This document shows, in pieces, positions 1 to 10,987 of a stretch of 43,175 nt of DNA. The translations under genes were made by a program, and so were the position numbers. Positions within the stretch are counted from its first letter, which is position 1. The number at the start of each line of letters is the position of its first letter. Origin of the DNA: Methanobacteriota archaeon (GTDB taxonomy: Archaea; Thermoplasmatota; Poseidoniia; MGIII; CG-Epi1); NCBI GenBank assembly GCA_016845825.1, contig JAERSJ010000155.1:1-43175 (forward strand). Reading direction: 5' to 3'. The notes under the pieces were generated by a model. It saw nothing but the letters and a program-made list of their open reading frames with translations. It ran no database searches and was not told the DNA's origin.

Positions 1-216
1 TAAAACGCCAGCATACGTTAACACAGTAAGTAGCATTGAATTTTTTTCAATAAATAGAGCACCAAGACCAACGGCAATTCCAAGTAAAAACCATCCAATA
101 ACCATTCCAAAAATCAGAGGTAAAGTTTTGTTAAATCCGAACTTTGAGGAGTGTACTGCCGATAAGAGATTATTTGGCCCAGGCAAGAAAGAGACTGGCA
201 AAGTAAATATGAGCAT
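1..216 (-). CDS. LysE/RhtB-family amino-acid exporter, N-terminal part (runs off the window edge; not in ORF track)
   Basis: Manual translation from ATG 216: MLIFTLPVSFLPGPNNLLSAVHSSKFGFNKTLPLIFGMVIGWFLLGIAVGLG..., with the PGP-N and G...G signature of LysE/RhtB. True start may lie at ~240-243. Confidence 0.8.
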   Translation of the reverse strand, partial: MLIFTLPVSFLPGPNNLLSAVHSSKFGFNKTLPLIFGMVIGWFLLGIAVGLGALFIEKNSMLLTVLTYAGVL

Positions 217-309
217 GGCAATTAAACTTGAGAAATCTATGATATGAAAAACCTCTTACTCCTTAGGCGATACATAACACTAAAGGAAAGGCGGTCTATA
301 TTTTGTCTT

Positions 310-891
310 TTATTTTTGAACTGCGACTTCTTTTTTTGTTATTTGGATATATCCTATTGATTTCCAAATTAAGAAAATGATAACAATCGGAATAATCGCT
401 ACCAAGAAAAGGGAAATAAGAATACACAATATCGAAGCAACGGCTTCTAACAGAGAAATTATAGGATTTGCTAACCCACCAGTAGTTCCAGTAGAAATTG
501 CTCTTGTGGCAACAGTTCCAAGTTGAATAACTCCGGAGACACTACCTCCCGCAATTACCGAGAGTGTCCATTGTGCAGATGGATCTAGTTCACCTTCCAA
601 GCTTGCGGAAGTTACGAAAATCCCTCCGATAATTGCAGCAGGCGTAGCTACAGCATCAAGTAAATTATCTATCCATGGAATAAAATATCCTCCAATCTCT
701 AGCAAAGTAGCAACTGCGAAAATAGCGATTGCCCAGGTATCATCAACCCAGACAAAAGAGCCTTCTAGTTTATACAAGTCCAATCTACTTCCTACACCCA
801 TCATCAAAGGAGGTATGAACACACGAAACCCACACGCTGCAGCTAATCCAAGACCTAAACTTAGAGAGAGAAGGATTTGTACAACGTCCAT
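310..891 (-). CDS. DUF4126-family membrane protein
   Basis: GLGLAAACGFRVF, E...YFIPWIDNLLD and TGTTGGLANPIISLLE motifs; multiple hydrophobic helices. Confidence 0.8.
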   Translation of the reverse strand: MDVVQILLSLSLGLGLAAACGFRVFIPPLMMGVGSRLDLYKLEGSFVWVDDTWAIAIFAVATLLEIGGYFIPWIDNLLDAVATPAAIIGGIFVTSASLEGELDPSAQWTLSVIAGGSVSGVIQLGTVATRAISTGTTGGLANPIISLLEAVASILCILISLFLVAIIPIVIIFLIWKSIGYIQITKKEVAVQK

Positions 892-968
892 ATTAAGCCA
901 TAATTAAGGAGATAATAAGATATGCTTTTTGACCCATTCAATCTATAACCCCTTTTCAATAGACAAGT

Positions 969-2051
969 ATGGCTTCAGCAGTAACTGAGTTAGAAGAAAT
1001 AGCTGCGCAAATATATGAGCAATTAAGTACAGGTAAAATTCCTGAGATGGCAGTTCCTACGCGTAGTAAGAATAACATAATATTCGATGAGAAATCTAAA
1101 GTTTGGAAATATGGGAATTCAGAGACAACTAGAACAGCTAAGAAACTAGATGGAGCTTACATGCTTCTTAGAACCACTTACCTTTTAGATTTTATTAGAG
1201 AGATGTCAACACAAAGCAAATCGTCTACCTTAAGAGAATTATATTACATATCAGAAGCCTGGGATTTAGGTAAATTCCATGCACAAGACGAATCTAATAA
1301 GTTGATCGAAGATTTAGAAATAGTTACGCACTTTCAAAGGGAAGATTTCAAAATCAGACCAGAAGAAGACGGAGCTAAAGTTCTAGGAGATGTAACACTT
1401 ACTGAGATAAATAGGAAAGGGCAACCAATGAAAATTAATTGCCGAAATGATGTAGGAGATACTGGATATAATATACCCTATAATGTTGAAGAAAATAAAA
1501 TAACATTTGATGATTTTGGTAAGTCTACATGTATCATTGCAATTGAGACTGGAGGTATGTTTGATAGGTTAGTTGAAAATGGATTTGATGAAACCCACGA
1601 GGCCATTTTAGTTCACATTAAAGGGCAACCAGCTAGATCAACGAGAAGATTCTTACAAAGAATGCATCAAGCCTCAGGTTTACCTCTTTTATTGTTTACA
1701 GATGCAGATCCTTGGTCCTACAGGATTTACAGTTCAGTAGCGTATGGAGCTATCAAAACAGCACATATTTCTCATATTTTGGCTACACCCAGTGCAAGAT
1801 ATTTGGGAGTTACACCTTCTGACATTATCAATTATGAACTTCCTGCAGATGAATTATCAGATAGAGACAAAAGCGCATTAAAGTCAATTTTAACAGATCC
1901 AAGGTTCAAAAGTAAATATTGGCGTAACGAAATAGAATTACAATTAGAAATTAATAAAAAATCAGAACAGCAAGCTTTAGCTAAATATGGACTTGATTTC
2001 GTTACGAATACTTATCTTCCTGAAAAATTAAAGGAAATGAATATTGGTTAA
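969..2051 (+). CDS. top6A: DNA topoisomerase VI subunit A
   Basis: TLRELYY (catalytic Tyr), Toprim motifs IAIETGG and TDADPW, C-terminal KSEQQAL. Confidence 0.97.
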   Translation: MASAVTELEEIAAQIYEQLSTGKIPEMAVPTRSKNNIIFDEKSKVWKYGNSETTRTAKKLDGAYMLLRTTYLLDFIREMSTQSKSSTLRELYYISEAWDLGKFHAQDESNKLIEDLEIVTHFQREDFKIRPEEDGAKVLGDVTLTEINRKGQPMKINCRNDVGDTGYNIPYNVEENKITFDDFGKSTCIIAIETGGMFDRLVENGFDETHEAILVHIKGQPARSTRRFLQRMHQASGLPLLLFTDADPWSYRIYSSVAYGAIKTAHISHILATPSARYLGVTPSDIINYELPADELSDRDKSALKSILTDPRFKSKYWRNEIELQLEINKKSEQQALAKYGLDFVTNTYLPEKLKEMNIG

Positions 2052-2060
2052 ACGGTAGTA

Positions 2061-2678
2061 TTAATCAAAAAAGTCAACTTTCAAATGTTGCTTTAGTTCT
2101 TCTACTGAATTTACAACAGGCGCCCATTTGCTGAGGAGTTCACTTGGATGATGTCCCCAACTTACACCCACTCCTCTGACTCCGGCAGCATCTGCCATTT
2201 CGAGGTCGTATGTTGTATCTCCAACCATTATTAGATCTTTAGTGCCTGTTGATTTCATTATTGAAAATAAGAGGTCTGGATTTGGTTTAGGATTAGGAAC
2301 AGAGTTTCCTCCTAAAATTACTTCAAAACGTCCTTCAAATCCAAAGTGCTTGATTACTCGGTCGGCACCACGCTGACTTTTTCCAGTTGCAACTGCAGCA
2401 CGAAATTTATTTGCTAAAAGTTCAGGTATTCCATCGAATAGTTTTTCATATCTAGTTGCTTCCATGTAAGTTTGAGAATAAACTTTAGCTAAAGCTCGAG
2501 GATCATATTCAGGTCCAAGCTTCTGCATTATATCAATCAAAGGTAGGCCGGTAAGTTTGAGTATTTTTTCTTTAGGTGGGCATTTTGCATTAACACTTTT
2601 CCATGCAGCTTTATGAGATTCCAAAATTGATCGACTGGAATCTATTAGTGTTCCGTCCAAATCAAAGACTACGAGCAT
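2061..2678 (-). CDS. HAD-superfamily hydrolase (phosphoglycolate-phosphatase-like)
   Basis: FDLDGTL, ATGK, PKPNP and MVGDTTYD motifs. Confidence 0.9.
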   Translation of the reverse strand: MLVVFDLDGTLIDSSRSILESHKAAWKSVNAKCPPKEKILKLTGLPLIDIMQKLGPEYDPRALAKVYSQTYMEATRYEKLFDGIPELLANKFRAAVATGKSQRGADRVIKHFGFEGRFEVILGGNSVPNPKPNPDLLFSIMKSTGTKDLIMVGDTTYDLEMADAAGVRGVGVSWGHHPSELLSKWAPVVNSVEELKQHLKVDFFD

Positions 2679-2689
2679 ACTTATCCAAA

Positions 2690-3427
2690 TTAAGCCATAG
2701 CTTTGGCCATAACACCTCTAACCTGCTCAACGTGTTTATCAATAGACTCTCTTTTCCAAGAATCGGTTTTTATTGGATCTAAAATGTCAACTCGGCACTC
2801 TCCAGGGTAAAAATTCATGGATTTAGCAGGCCATCGTTTGTTCGCATCATGTAAAATTACTGGAACAATAGGTAAATTAGTAGCCAGAGCTAAATGTGCA
2901 AATCCCTTTTTGAAAGGTAAAAGTTTACCATCTTCACTTCTCGTACCTTCTGGCCAAATCCAAATACTAAGATTATTATTTTTAACTTGCTCAGATAAAT
3001 TATTCATTGACTCTATCGCTTTTTTTCTATTACTTCTATCGATTAATAAATGACCAGAAAGCCAATACACTTGCCCAAAAAAGGGTATCTTAACGATTTC
3101 TTTTTTTCCAACTCCACATCCTCCGTAAGGGCAAAGAGCCATAGCTACAAAAATATCTAAAGCAGATGCATGATTCATAACGTAAATTGCAGGTTTTGTA
3201 TCATGAATTTTACTATAATTTGAGTATTTTATTCTAGTCCCCGTAATTCTAGTCACCACAGGCCCGATTATCTTTCCTGTTAAATTACCCAATTTAATCC
3301 TAAGATTTCGAAAAGGTAAACATATAATCATTAGACCAATTGAAATCAAAGACCAAAGTGAAAGCCAAACAAAGCCAATAATGAAACGTATACTCAGAGA
3401 AACTATATTGACTTTTTTAGCACCCAT
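2690..3427 (-). CDS. plsC: 1-acyl-sn-glycerol-3-phosphate acyltransferase (PlsC family)
   Basis: NHASALD (HX4D), LIDR, WPEGTRS, PFKKG and PIVPV blocks; N-terminal TM helix. Confidence 0.9.
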   Translation of the reverse strand: MGAKKVNIVSLSIRFIIGFVWLSLWSLISIGLMIICLPFRNLRIKLGNLTGKIIGPVVTRITGTRIKYSNYSKIHDTKPAIYVMNHASALDIFVAMALCPYGGCGVGKKEIVKIPFFGQVYWLSGHLLIDRSNRKKAIESMNNLSEQVKNNNLSIWIWPEGTRSEDGKLLPFKKGFAHLALATNLPIVPVILHDANKRWPAKSMNFYPGECRVDILDPIKTDSWKRESIDKHVEQVRGVMAKAMA

Positions 3428-3433
3428 GAAGCA

Positions 3434-3733
3434 CTAGTCATATGTTTCTAAGATACTTTCAAACTCTTGTGCAATGCGAATATCATTATCGGTAATTCCA
3501 CCTTTATCATGAGTTGTAGTAGCAACTATTACACGATTATATTCACAAACGGTCATATCGGGGTGGTGGTTTATTTTTTCAGCAACTTCAGCTAACTTGT
3601 TTATGAAACCTATAGCTTCTTTGAAATCTTTGAACGTAGTTTCTCGCACTAACATTTTTTCTTCGGGGTCATAATCCCAAGGCCCAATCATCCTAGTTCG
3701 ACTTGCAATTTCATCTTCTTTAAGTAAGCCCAT
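3434..3733 (-). CDS. Pterin-4-alpha-carbinolamine dehydratase
   Basis: FKDF..A..F, NHHPD and TTHD.GG.T..D motifs; 99 aa. Confidence 0.9.
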   Translation of the reverse strand: MGLLKEDEIASRTRMIGPWDYDPEEKMLVRETTFKDFKEAIGFINKLAEVAEKINHHPDMTVCEYNRVIVATTTHDKGGITDNDIRIAQEFESILETYD

Positions 3734-3815
3734 TACTCATAGGACGAAATGAACACTATTTATCTCTAACTCAACAACACATTTTAATTACCCTTCAAAG
3801 TGCGAAGATTCAGTA

Positions 3816-5509
<1,694 letters not shown>

Positions 5510-5563
5510 GACTTATTAGCCAAGTTAGGAACCCTTAAGTACTCTCACGAGTGATTCACAAGT

Positions 5564-7075
5564 ATGCAGATGTTAAGAAAGAGCCTCATTGCAATGGCTT
5601 TTTTCAGCTTTTTACTGTTGGCACAACCTAGTCAAGCAGAAACATCTGAAGACTTTAATGACTTAGATTTATTTTTCTACGGAGATTTGGATAATGGTAA
5701 CGGAAATATATCAACAATGCAACCAACATCTGATGTAGATACTCAAAGTGATTGTCCTCAAGAAGCAAATAGACTTTCATGGCCTGGGCAAGACAGGCAA
5801 TGGACCAGCGTAGGTAGCTGGGTAGTAGATTTAGAAACTCCAGGTTCCGTTGCTTCAGGTGAGCATGTGTTTACAATTTGGGCAAATTCAACTCAAGGAA
5901 CAGTTGAAGACGTCCAATTCAGAATTTCAGTAACGATTGGAGGAGGAACGGCAGATGGCCAGGCAACATCTCAATCAAAAACAATTACAGATTCTTCTGA
6001 GGAAGCTACAAAGTTTGAAATATCTTTCGATTTAACAAATGAGTCTTTTAATCAGAATCCAAATGATAATGATCAATTAGAAGTAGAAATTGAATATTCA
6101 GGAGGCGATCCCGGCCAAAATCCTGTAACAGGTGGACAATCAACTGAACAAATAGTAATACTGACTTCAAGCGTAGAACATCCTGCAGGTATTGCAGAAG
6201 TAAATTTCAATCATTTCCTTGCAGATTTCCCAATAATTAGCATAGAAGATTCAGCTGAGCGAGTAGCAGTGTCCGTAATGGTCTGGAGCGCATTTGGCAC
6301 TTCTGATATTAATCCTAATGAATGGACCTTAGGAGTAGTCGGAGTTTCGTCCGGAAATCAGGGTTACACAGCAGATTTTAATATGAAATCCATGCAAAAT
6401 GGATCATACAAAGCATCTTTTTACTGGTATTATAATGAAGCCCAGGCAATAAGTGACACATATTCTTTCTATATTCAAGCAAAAGACATTCAAAGCAATC
6501 ATTGGAAAGTCTTTTCAGAACAAGAATTATATCTTGTTATACATGGATATGAAATAGATAATGTAATCTCCCCAGGCAACATTCAAATTAATAATCAAAC
6601 AGGAATTTCTAAAGTTAAAGCAGGCAATTCATTTACAATAGATATTACGGTTTCAGCTGAGGGAGATCCATTAGTGGCTTACAATCCAATTCCTGTTACA
6701 GTAATTTGGGTTTCAGGAGGCAATGAAATAGTATTGTACGAAACTGCAGTGTTTGCAACACCAGGAGCTTCAGCTTCCACATCATTTAGATATACGTTTG
6801 ACAGCAACGGAGAATATTTAATCAAAGTAATAGTTGATAGGAATAATGTTGTTGCAGAGTCTAATGAAAATAACAACGTAGCTGAATTTATTCTTGTTGT
6901 AGCAGAACCAGAGAAAGAAGATTTCGTACAGTCATTACTTGATGAAGTTACTGAAGGTGGAACAATCACATTATTGGTTTTAGTTTCTGTTACTTCACTT
7001 ATTTTAGCAGGTTACTTTGCAACTAGAGGTAAAGAAGAAGTAGATTTTGATTGGGAGGAAGATGACGAATTCTAA
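5564..7075 (+). CDS. Secreted, C-terminally anchored surface protein with CARDB-like Ig domain
   Basis: Signal peptide ending PSQA; VD..N.V.ESNENNN CARDB motif; C-terminal TM helix followed by an acidic tail. Confidence 0.8.
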   Translation: MQMLRKSLIAMAFFSFLLLAQPSQAETSEDFNDLDLFFYGDLDNGNGNISTMQPTSDVDTQSDCPQEANRLSWPGQDRQWTSVGSWVVDLETPGSVASGEHVFTIWANSTQGTVEDVQFRISVTIGGGTADGQATSQSKTITDSSEEATKFEISFDLTNESFNQNPNDNDQLEVEIEYSGGDPGQNPVTGGQSTEQIVILTSSVEHPAGIAEVNFNHFLADFPIISIEDSAERVAVSVMVWSAFGTSDINPNEWTLGVVGVSSGNQGYTADFNMKSMQNGSYKASFYWYYNEAQAISDTYSFYIQAKDIQSNHWKVFSEQELYLVIHGYEIDNVISPGNIQINNQTGISKVKAGNSFTIDITVSAEGDPLVAYNPIPVTVIWVSGGNEIVLYETAVFATPGASASTSFRYTFDSNGEYLIKVIVDRNNVVAESNENNNVAEFILVVAEPEKEDFVQSLLDEVTEGGTITLLVLVSVTSLILAGYFATRGKEEVDFDWEEDDEF

Positions 7076-7076
7076 G

Positions 7077-7469
7077 ATGGATATCCGGGGATACGAGCCA
7101 GCAGATGGAACTTTTTACGAGTACAAAGATGAAGAAGAAACTCCAAGAGGTACACACCACACTAAAGAAGATGACGAAGACATCGATAATTCAACAGTTG
7201 GAAGGTATGCCTCAGGTGAAGATTTCAAACATTGGCCATTCAAAGTTGGAAATGCTATGACAAACAATGTGCCGGAAGATGTCCAACATAAAGTGAACGA
7301 TGGCGGAAGTTCTGGCTATTCTTCAATGAATCATTTTATGGAAGAAGATGGCGCTAAAGAACAGGCCTGGGTAGACCGTGAAAACGATAGCATTATTTCT
7401 CTTGCAATTAATAATTGGTTCGGTTTGAAGGGCTATATCTTATCTTTTTTCCCAAAGAAGGAATCCTAA
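7077..7469 (+). CDS. Acidic hypothetical protein
   Basis: ATG 1 nt after the upstream stop, preferred to the track's TTG at 7047; 130 aa; no recognised family. Confidence 0.6.
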   Translation: MDIRGYEPADGTFYEYKDEEETPRGTHHTKEDDEDIDNSTVGRYASGEDFKHWPFKVGNAMTNNVPEDVQHKVNDGGSSGYSSMNHFMEEDGAKEQAWVDRENDSIISLAINNWFGLKGYILSFFPKKES

Positions 7470-7477
7470 CTTTTTTT
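7470..7477 (+). terminator. Oligo-T tract, possible archaeal terminator
   Basis: T7 run just after the stop at 7469, between convergent genes. Confidence 0.4.
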
Positions 7478-7543
7478 AGCCATTCAAATTCATTAGGATC
7501 TTCCCATTTTGGTTCCAGAGAAGATAGAAAACTTTCCAATTCT

Positions 7544-8497
7544 TTAGCCATCTCTAATTCCGTCCTCAGTGATTGACACTAAAGCTTCATTTTCAGGTAA
7601 ATGAGGAGAATCAACTAGTCTGCAAACACGCTTACCTGCTTTTCCTCTTCTTAAGTAAACTCTGAACTTTGAAGTATGCCCTACAATATTTCCACCAATT
7701 GGTTTGGTAGGGTCTCCAAAGAAAGCAGCAGGATTTGATGAAACTTGATTTGTAACAACTACTGCAGCATTATTCAAATCTCCAAATCTAGCCAATTCCG
7801 TCATGTGAGCATTAATTTTTCCTTGCCTATCTGCAAGTGTACCTCTTCCGATGTATTCAGCACGGAATGCTCCAGTCAATGAATCCACAGCGAGCATCTT
7901 GATAGGACGCTCTTTTGCGATTTCACTAACTTTTTCCACCATTAGCATTTGCTGGTGAGAATTATATGCCCTTCCTACATGGATTTTACTCAATACTTCA
8001 TCAGGATCTAAATCAAGTGCCTTAGACATTGAAATAATTCTTTCCGGTCTGAATGTATTTTCAGTGTCAATGATTGCAACCTCTCCACCAAGACCTCCTT
8101 GTTCAATCGGAAGTAGAGTATTCACAGCTAGTTGGAGTACGAACTGAGTCTTACCAGACCCATATTGGCCATAGAACTCAGTAATAGATTGGGTTTCTAC
8201 ACCTCCGCCTAATAATTCGTTAAATGCTTCAGCTCCCGTTGTAAGTTTTCCAACAGTAGCTCGTTTTTCCATCAATTCTGTTCCAGTTAAGAAAGAACCA
8301 ATATTTGCTGCCTTTCTAGCTTCAGCTATAAACTTGGAACATGATTCTTTTCCAATTCCTGTGGCATCCGAAAGGGTGCCAGGTGCTTGCGTACCTATTG
8401 CTTCAAGAGTGTCGTAACCAGCATCTCTTAATTTTTCTGCGATTGCAGGTCCCACTCCAGGCAAATCTTCTACAACTTTTACTTTTGCTTCGCTCAT
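7544..8497 (-). CDS. radA: DNA repair and recombination protein RadA
   Basis: N-terminal HhH domain, Walker A GQYGSGKTQ, IDTENTFRPER, YIGRGTL..RQ, TNQV, RLVDSP. Confidence 0.98.
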   Translation of the reverse strand: MSEAKVKVVEDLPGVGPAIAEKLRDAGYDTLEAIGTQAPGTLSDATGIGKESCSKFIAEARKAANIGSFLTGTELMEKRATVGKLTTGAEAFNELLGGGVETQSITEFYGQYGSGKTQFVLQLAVNTLLPIEQGGLGGEVAIIDTENTFRPERIISMSKALDLDPDEVLSKIHVGRAYNSHQQMLMVEKVSEIAKERPIKMLAVDSLTGAFRAEYIGRGTLADRQGKINAHMTELARFGDLNNAAVVVTNQVSSNPAAFFGDPTKPIGGNIVGHTSKFRVYLRRGKAGKRVCRLVDSPHLPENEALVSITEDGIRDG

Positions 8498-9472
8498 TTA
8501 TGCCTCCTTGTAATGATTAAATCTAGGTTGAAAAATCAAACCTTGATCAGTCAAAGAATCTAATATTTCATCGAGCATAGGCCCGTCTATTCCTTCTAAC
8601 GAAACGGCAATACCCAAATCATCGTAATATATTCCGTCTCCTTCATCTAATTTTTTAATTGTCTGCAATACTTTACTCTCATTTTCAGAAGATTCTGGTG
8701 CAGTTTGCTCTTCTTCTACAACGTCTTCTTTGGCTTCTTCTTGGGCGATAGGTTCAGGCTCCTCTTCTGCAGTTTCAATTACTTCTTCATTCACTGAAGT
8801 GCTACTTGCAGGTTCGAATTCACCGGTAAAGTTTGAAGTTTCCTCAGAATTAGCTTCTCCACTGGCCAATTTTGTTAAACAATCATACAAAAGTGCGCTA
8901 TAGTTCTCAACAGCTACGGTTGGGTAGAATTCTTTAGCTAATTGCATTCCGTCTTTTTCGCGAGAAGTCAAATTCATTTTATTGTACTCTTCGTCATTTT
9001 CACCGAAAGCTTTTGTTGCATTGATACGCTTAATTAGTTCTTCACAGGCTTTTATTGCCCAATGATTAATTTCATCCATTGAAACTGCTCGAACGCCCTC
9101 AGGTTGAACACTAACGTATGTTCTTTCACTGTCTTCAGGAGTTCTTGCTCTTACCTTACCAACGCAAAGGATAGGCACTCCGTTTTCTAGTTTTGATAAT
9201 GCAGATGCACCTTCCGGATTATATTGCCCTGCTTGGAGATAGTAAAAATCTCCATTAGGGTCAATGACTCTTGCAGTATAGAATGGATCACTCTCTGAGC
9301 CTCGATTTTCCAATTGGTCTAGCACGCCGGCTATTAGTACGCGAGATAATTTCCCTCCAATTTCTGAAATTAAGTAGGTAGGTGAATATTCTCTATCTTC
9401 TACGTGTTTTTCTATTGCTCCATTTAATTCTTTTGCTAGAACAAGAACACCAGGCTCTCTTCTTTGCGCCAT
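8498..9472 (-). CDS. RPA small-subunit-like OB-fold protein with C-terminal winged helix
   Basis: RREP start, SP.Y....G...SRV.I.G, AGQY.PE motifs; acidic linker; C-terminal L...G.IF.P winged helix; operonic with RPA and radA. Confidence 0.85.
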   Translation of the reverse strand: MAQRREPGVLVLAKELNGAIEKHVEDREYSPTYLISEIGGKLSRVLIAGVLDQLENRGSESDPFYTARVIDPNGDFYYLQAGQYNPEGASALSKLENGVPILCVGKVRARTPEDSERTYVSVQPEGVRAVSMDEINHWAIKACEELIKRINATKAFGENDEEYNKMNLTSREKDGMQLAKEFYPTVAVENYSALLYDCLTKLASGEANSEETSNFTGEFEPASSTSVNEEVIETAEEEPEPIAQEEAKEDVVEEEQTAPESSENESKVLQTIKKLDEGDGIYYDDLGIAVSLEGIDGPMLDEILDSLTDQGLIFQPRFNHYKEA

Positions 9473-10837
9473 TTAGCCCTCCAATGCAGCGAGGAATTGT
9501 CTAGCTGCGTTAGGAACATCAATTTCAGTAGCGGGTTCGCAAGATTTTGCAAAGAATGATAATCCATATTCATCAGATCGTGCGAAGCCTCTTAGTTTCA
9601 AAGGTTTTAGTAAAAGGGCATCTTCCATTTCTTCGACTAAGGCTTCAGGGCCAAAGTTTTCTTTTACAAATTCTAAACATGAATCTAAATCTCTTCCAAT
9701 TAATCTCTCAGTAATTTCACGATTCAAATATGCAGTACATGAACCACTTCCATCATCAAATATCATTTTCACTCTTAGATCGGGTTCTGCGTTTTTACGG
9801 TCGTCACCATTTCTGATTAATCTTTTAGTTTCTTTATCTCTAAAGATAAGTCCGCTTCCTTCTCTTATATTGAAGACATGCCCCTCGATAACTGCATCGG
9901 AAGCCCCGTTACGTTCATCTAGTTGAGCTAAAGTATAGTTCATTCCAGCTTCGTAATCAGAAAGGGATGGCAGATCTTCTTCTTCTAGTTCAGTGAATTT
10001 TGAATATTCGCCAAATTGCAAATCCGGTCCGTTGAATTCCTTAACATATGCATTTTCTACAGAGTAAGCTTTTCCAGCTACAATATTATGATCTTCCCAA
10101 GAAGTAAAGCGACATGTTCCACTTTTATCACCTATATTTCCACCAAAAATGACTTTTTCTTCACCTTTTATGTTTATAGTACGAGGTTCAACATCAATTA
10201 CTCTTAATTTAACTGATACATTTCTCATACCTGGCTTTAGATTTACAACTTCTAACTCTTGTGCAGCTTGGGCGTTATTAGTTTTGACAACTCCTAAATC
10301 AAGTTCTTTTAAGTCATTGTCTTCAATATTCTTCATAATTGCGCGGTCGCCTATGTTTACAGTAATAATATCGTTCCAGCTTTTAGTATAAGCATTTGAA
10401 ATTTCTACAACATCATTTGGTTGAAATTTAAATTCATCATTCCAAAAAGTATACCTTAGTCTGCTACTAGCATCACCAATTTCGCCTTCATAAATTGTCT
10501 TTTTGGATCCTTCCTTAGTGTTTATTTCTTTTTTGTATACAGAAATAATCTTAGCCTTGAAGCTTACACTAGTTTCTCCAGGTCCAACTTGAGCGAGTAA
10601 TTTTTCTCCAGCTACACTCAGTTCATTTGGATTTCCATAATGTTTTCTTACTATAGATTCTTTAGCGGTAGACAGATCAATTCCATATTCATCTACATAT
10701 CTTCTTAGTTCGTTTGCAATTACATTGCGTTCTAGCTTATCTCCGATAGCTTTTACGATATCGTCGATGTGTTTCTCAAAATCAGGTTCGTTTTCTTGCA
10801 TTAGAGCATCTCCTTGTTTTTTAGATTCGGACTCCAC
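9473..10837 (-). CDS. rpa: Replication protein A, multi-OB large subunit
   Basis: Repeated OB folds (IGD.S....T.W, V.NAY.K); C-terminal GSGLIFR...DLRVK...DDGSG OB domain; GTG start. Confidence 0.9.
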   Translation of the reverse strand: MESESKKQGDALMQENEPDFEKHIDDIVKAIGDKLERNVIANELRRYVDEYGIDLSTAKESIVRKHYGNPNELSVAGEKLLAQVGPGETSVSFKAKIISVYKKEINTKEGSKKTIYEGEIGDASSRLRYTFWNDEFKFQPNDVVEISNAYTKSWNDIITVNIGDRAIMKNIEDNDLKELDLGVVKTNNAQAAQELEVVNLKPGMRNVSVKLRVIDVEPRTINIKGEEKVIFGGNIGDKSGTCRFTSWEDHNIVAGKAYSVENAYVKEFNGPDLQFGEYSKFTELEEEDLPSLSDYEAGMNYTLAQLDERNGASDAVIEGHVFNIREGSGLIFRDKETKRLIRNGDDRKNAEPDLRVKMIFDDGSGSCTAYLNREITERLIGRDLDSCLEFVKENFGPEALVEEMEDALLLKPLKLRGFARSDEYGLSFFAKSCEPATEIDVPNAARQFLAALEG

Positions 10838-10863
10838 CCAAATCTATCCATTACTACCAGTCA

Positions 10864-10880
10864 GGGTATATATACTTTTG
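10864..10880 (-). promoter_or_regulatory. BRE/TATA promoter of the rpa-rpa-radA operon
   Basis: Minus strand reads CAAAAG-TATATATA-CC, about 30 nt upstream of the GTG at 10837. Confidence 0.6.
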
Positions 10881-10900
10881 GGTTTTACGCCTTAAAACCC
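10880..10900. repeat. Perfect 8-bp inverted repeat, candidate operator
   Basis: GGGTTTTA-cgcct-TAAAACCC; GGGTTTTAC recurs at 10924-10932. Confidence 0.55.
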
Positions 10901-10987
10901 TAAAAGGCTATAAGGTTGTAGTGGGGTTTTACCTAAGTCAGGGAAGTATTATAATCGGCCCTCTCGTCGTAAAGATAGGTAGATAAC

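Noticed and set aside
41-47. Possible frameshift at the T7 run in the LysE-type gene
   Set aside because: Recounting shows the frame is intact (IEKNSMLLTVLTYAG).
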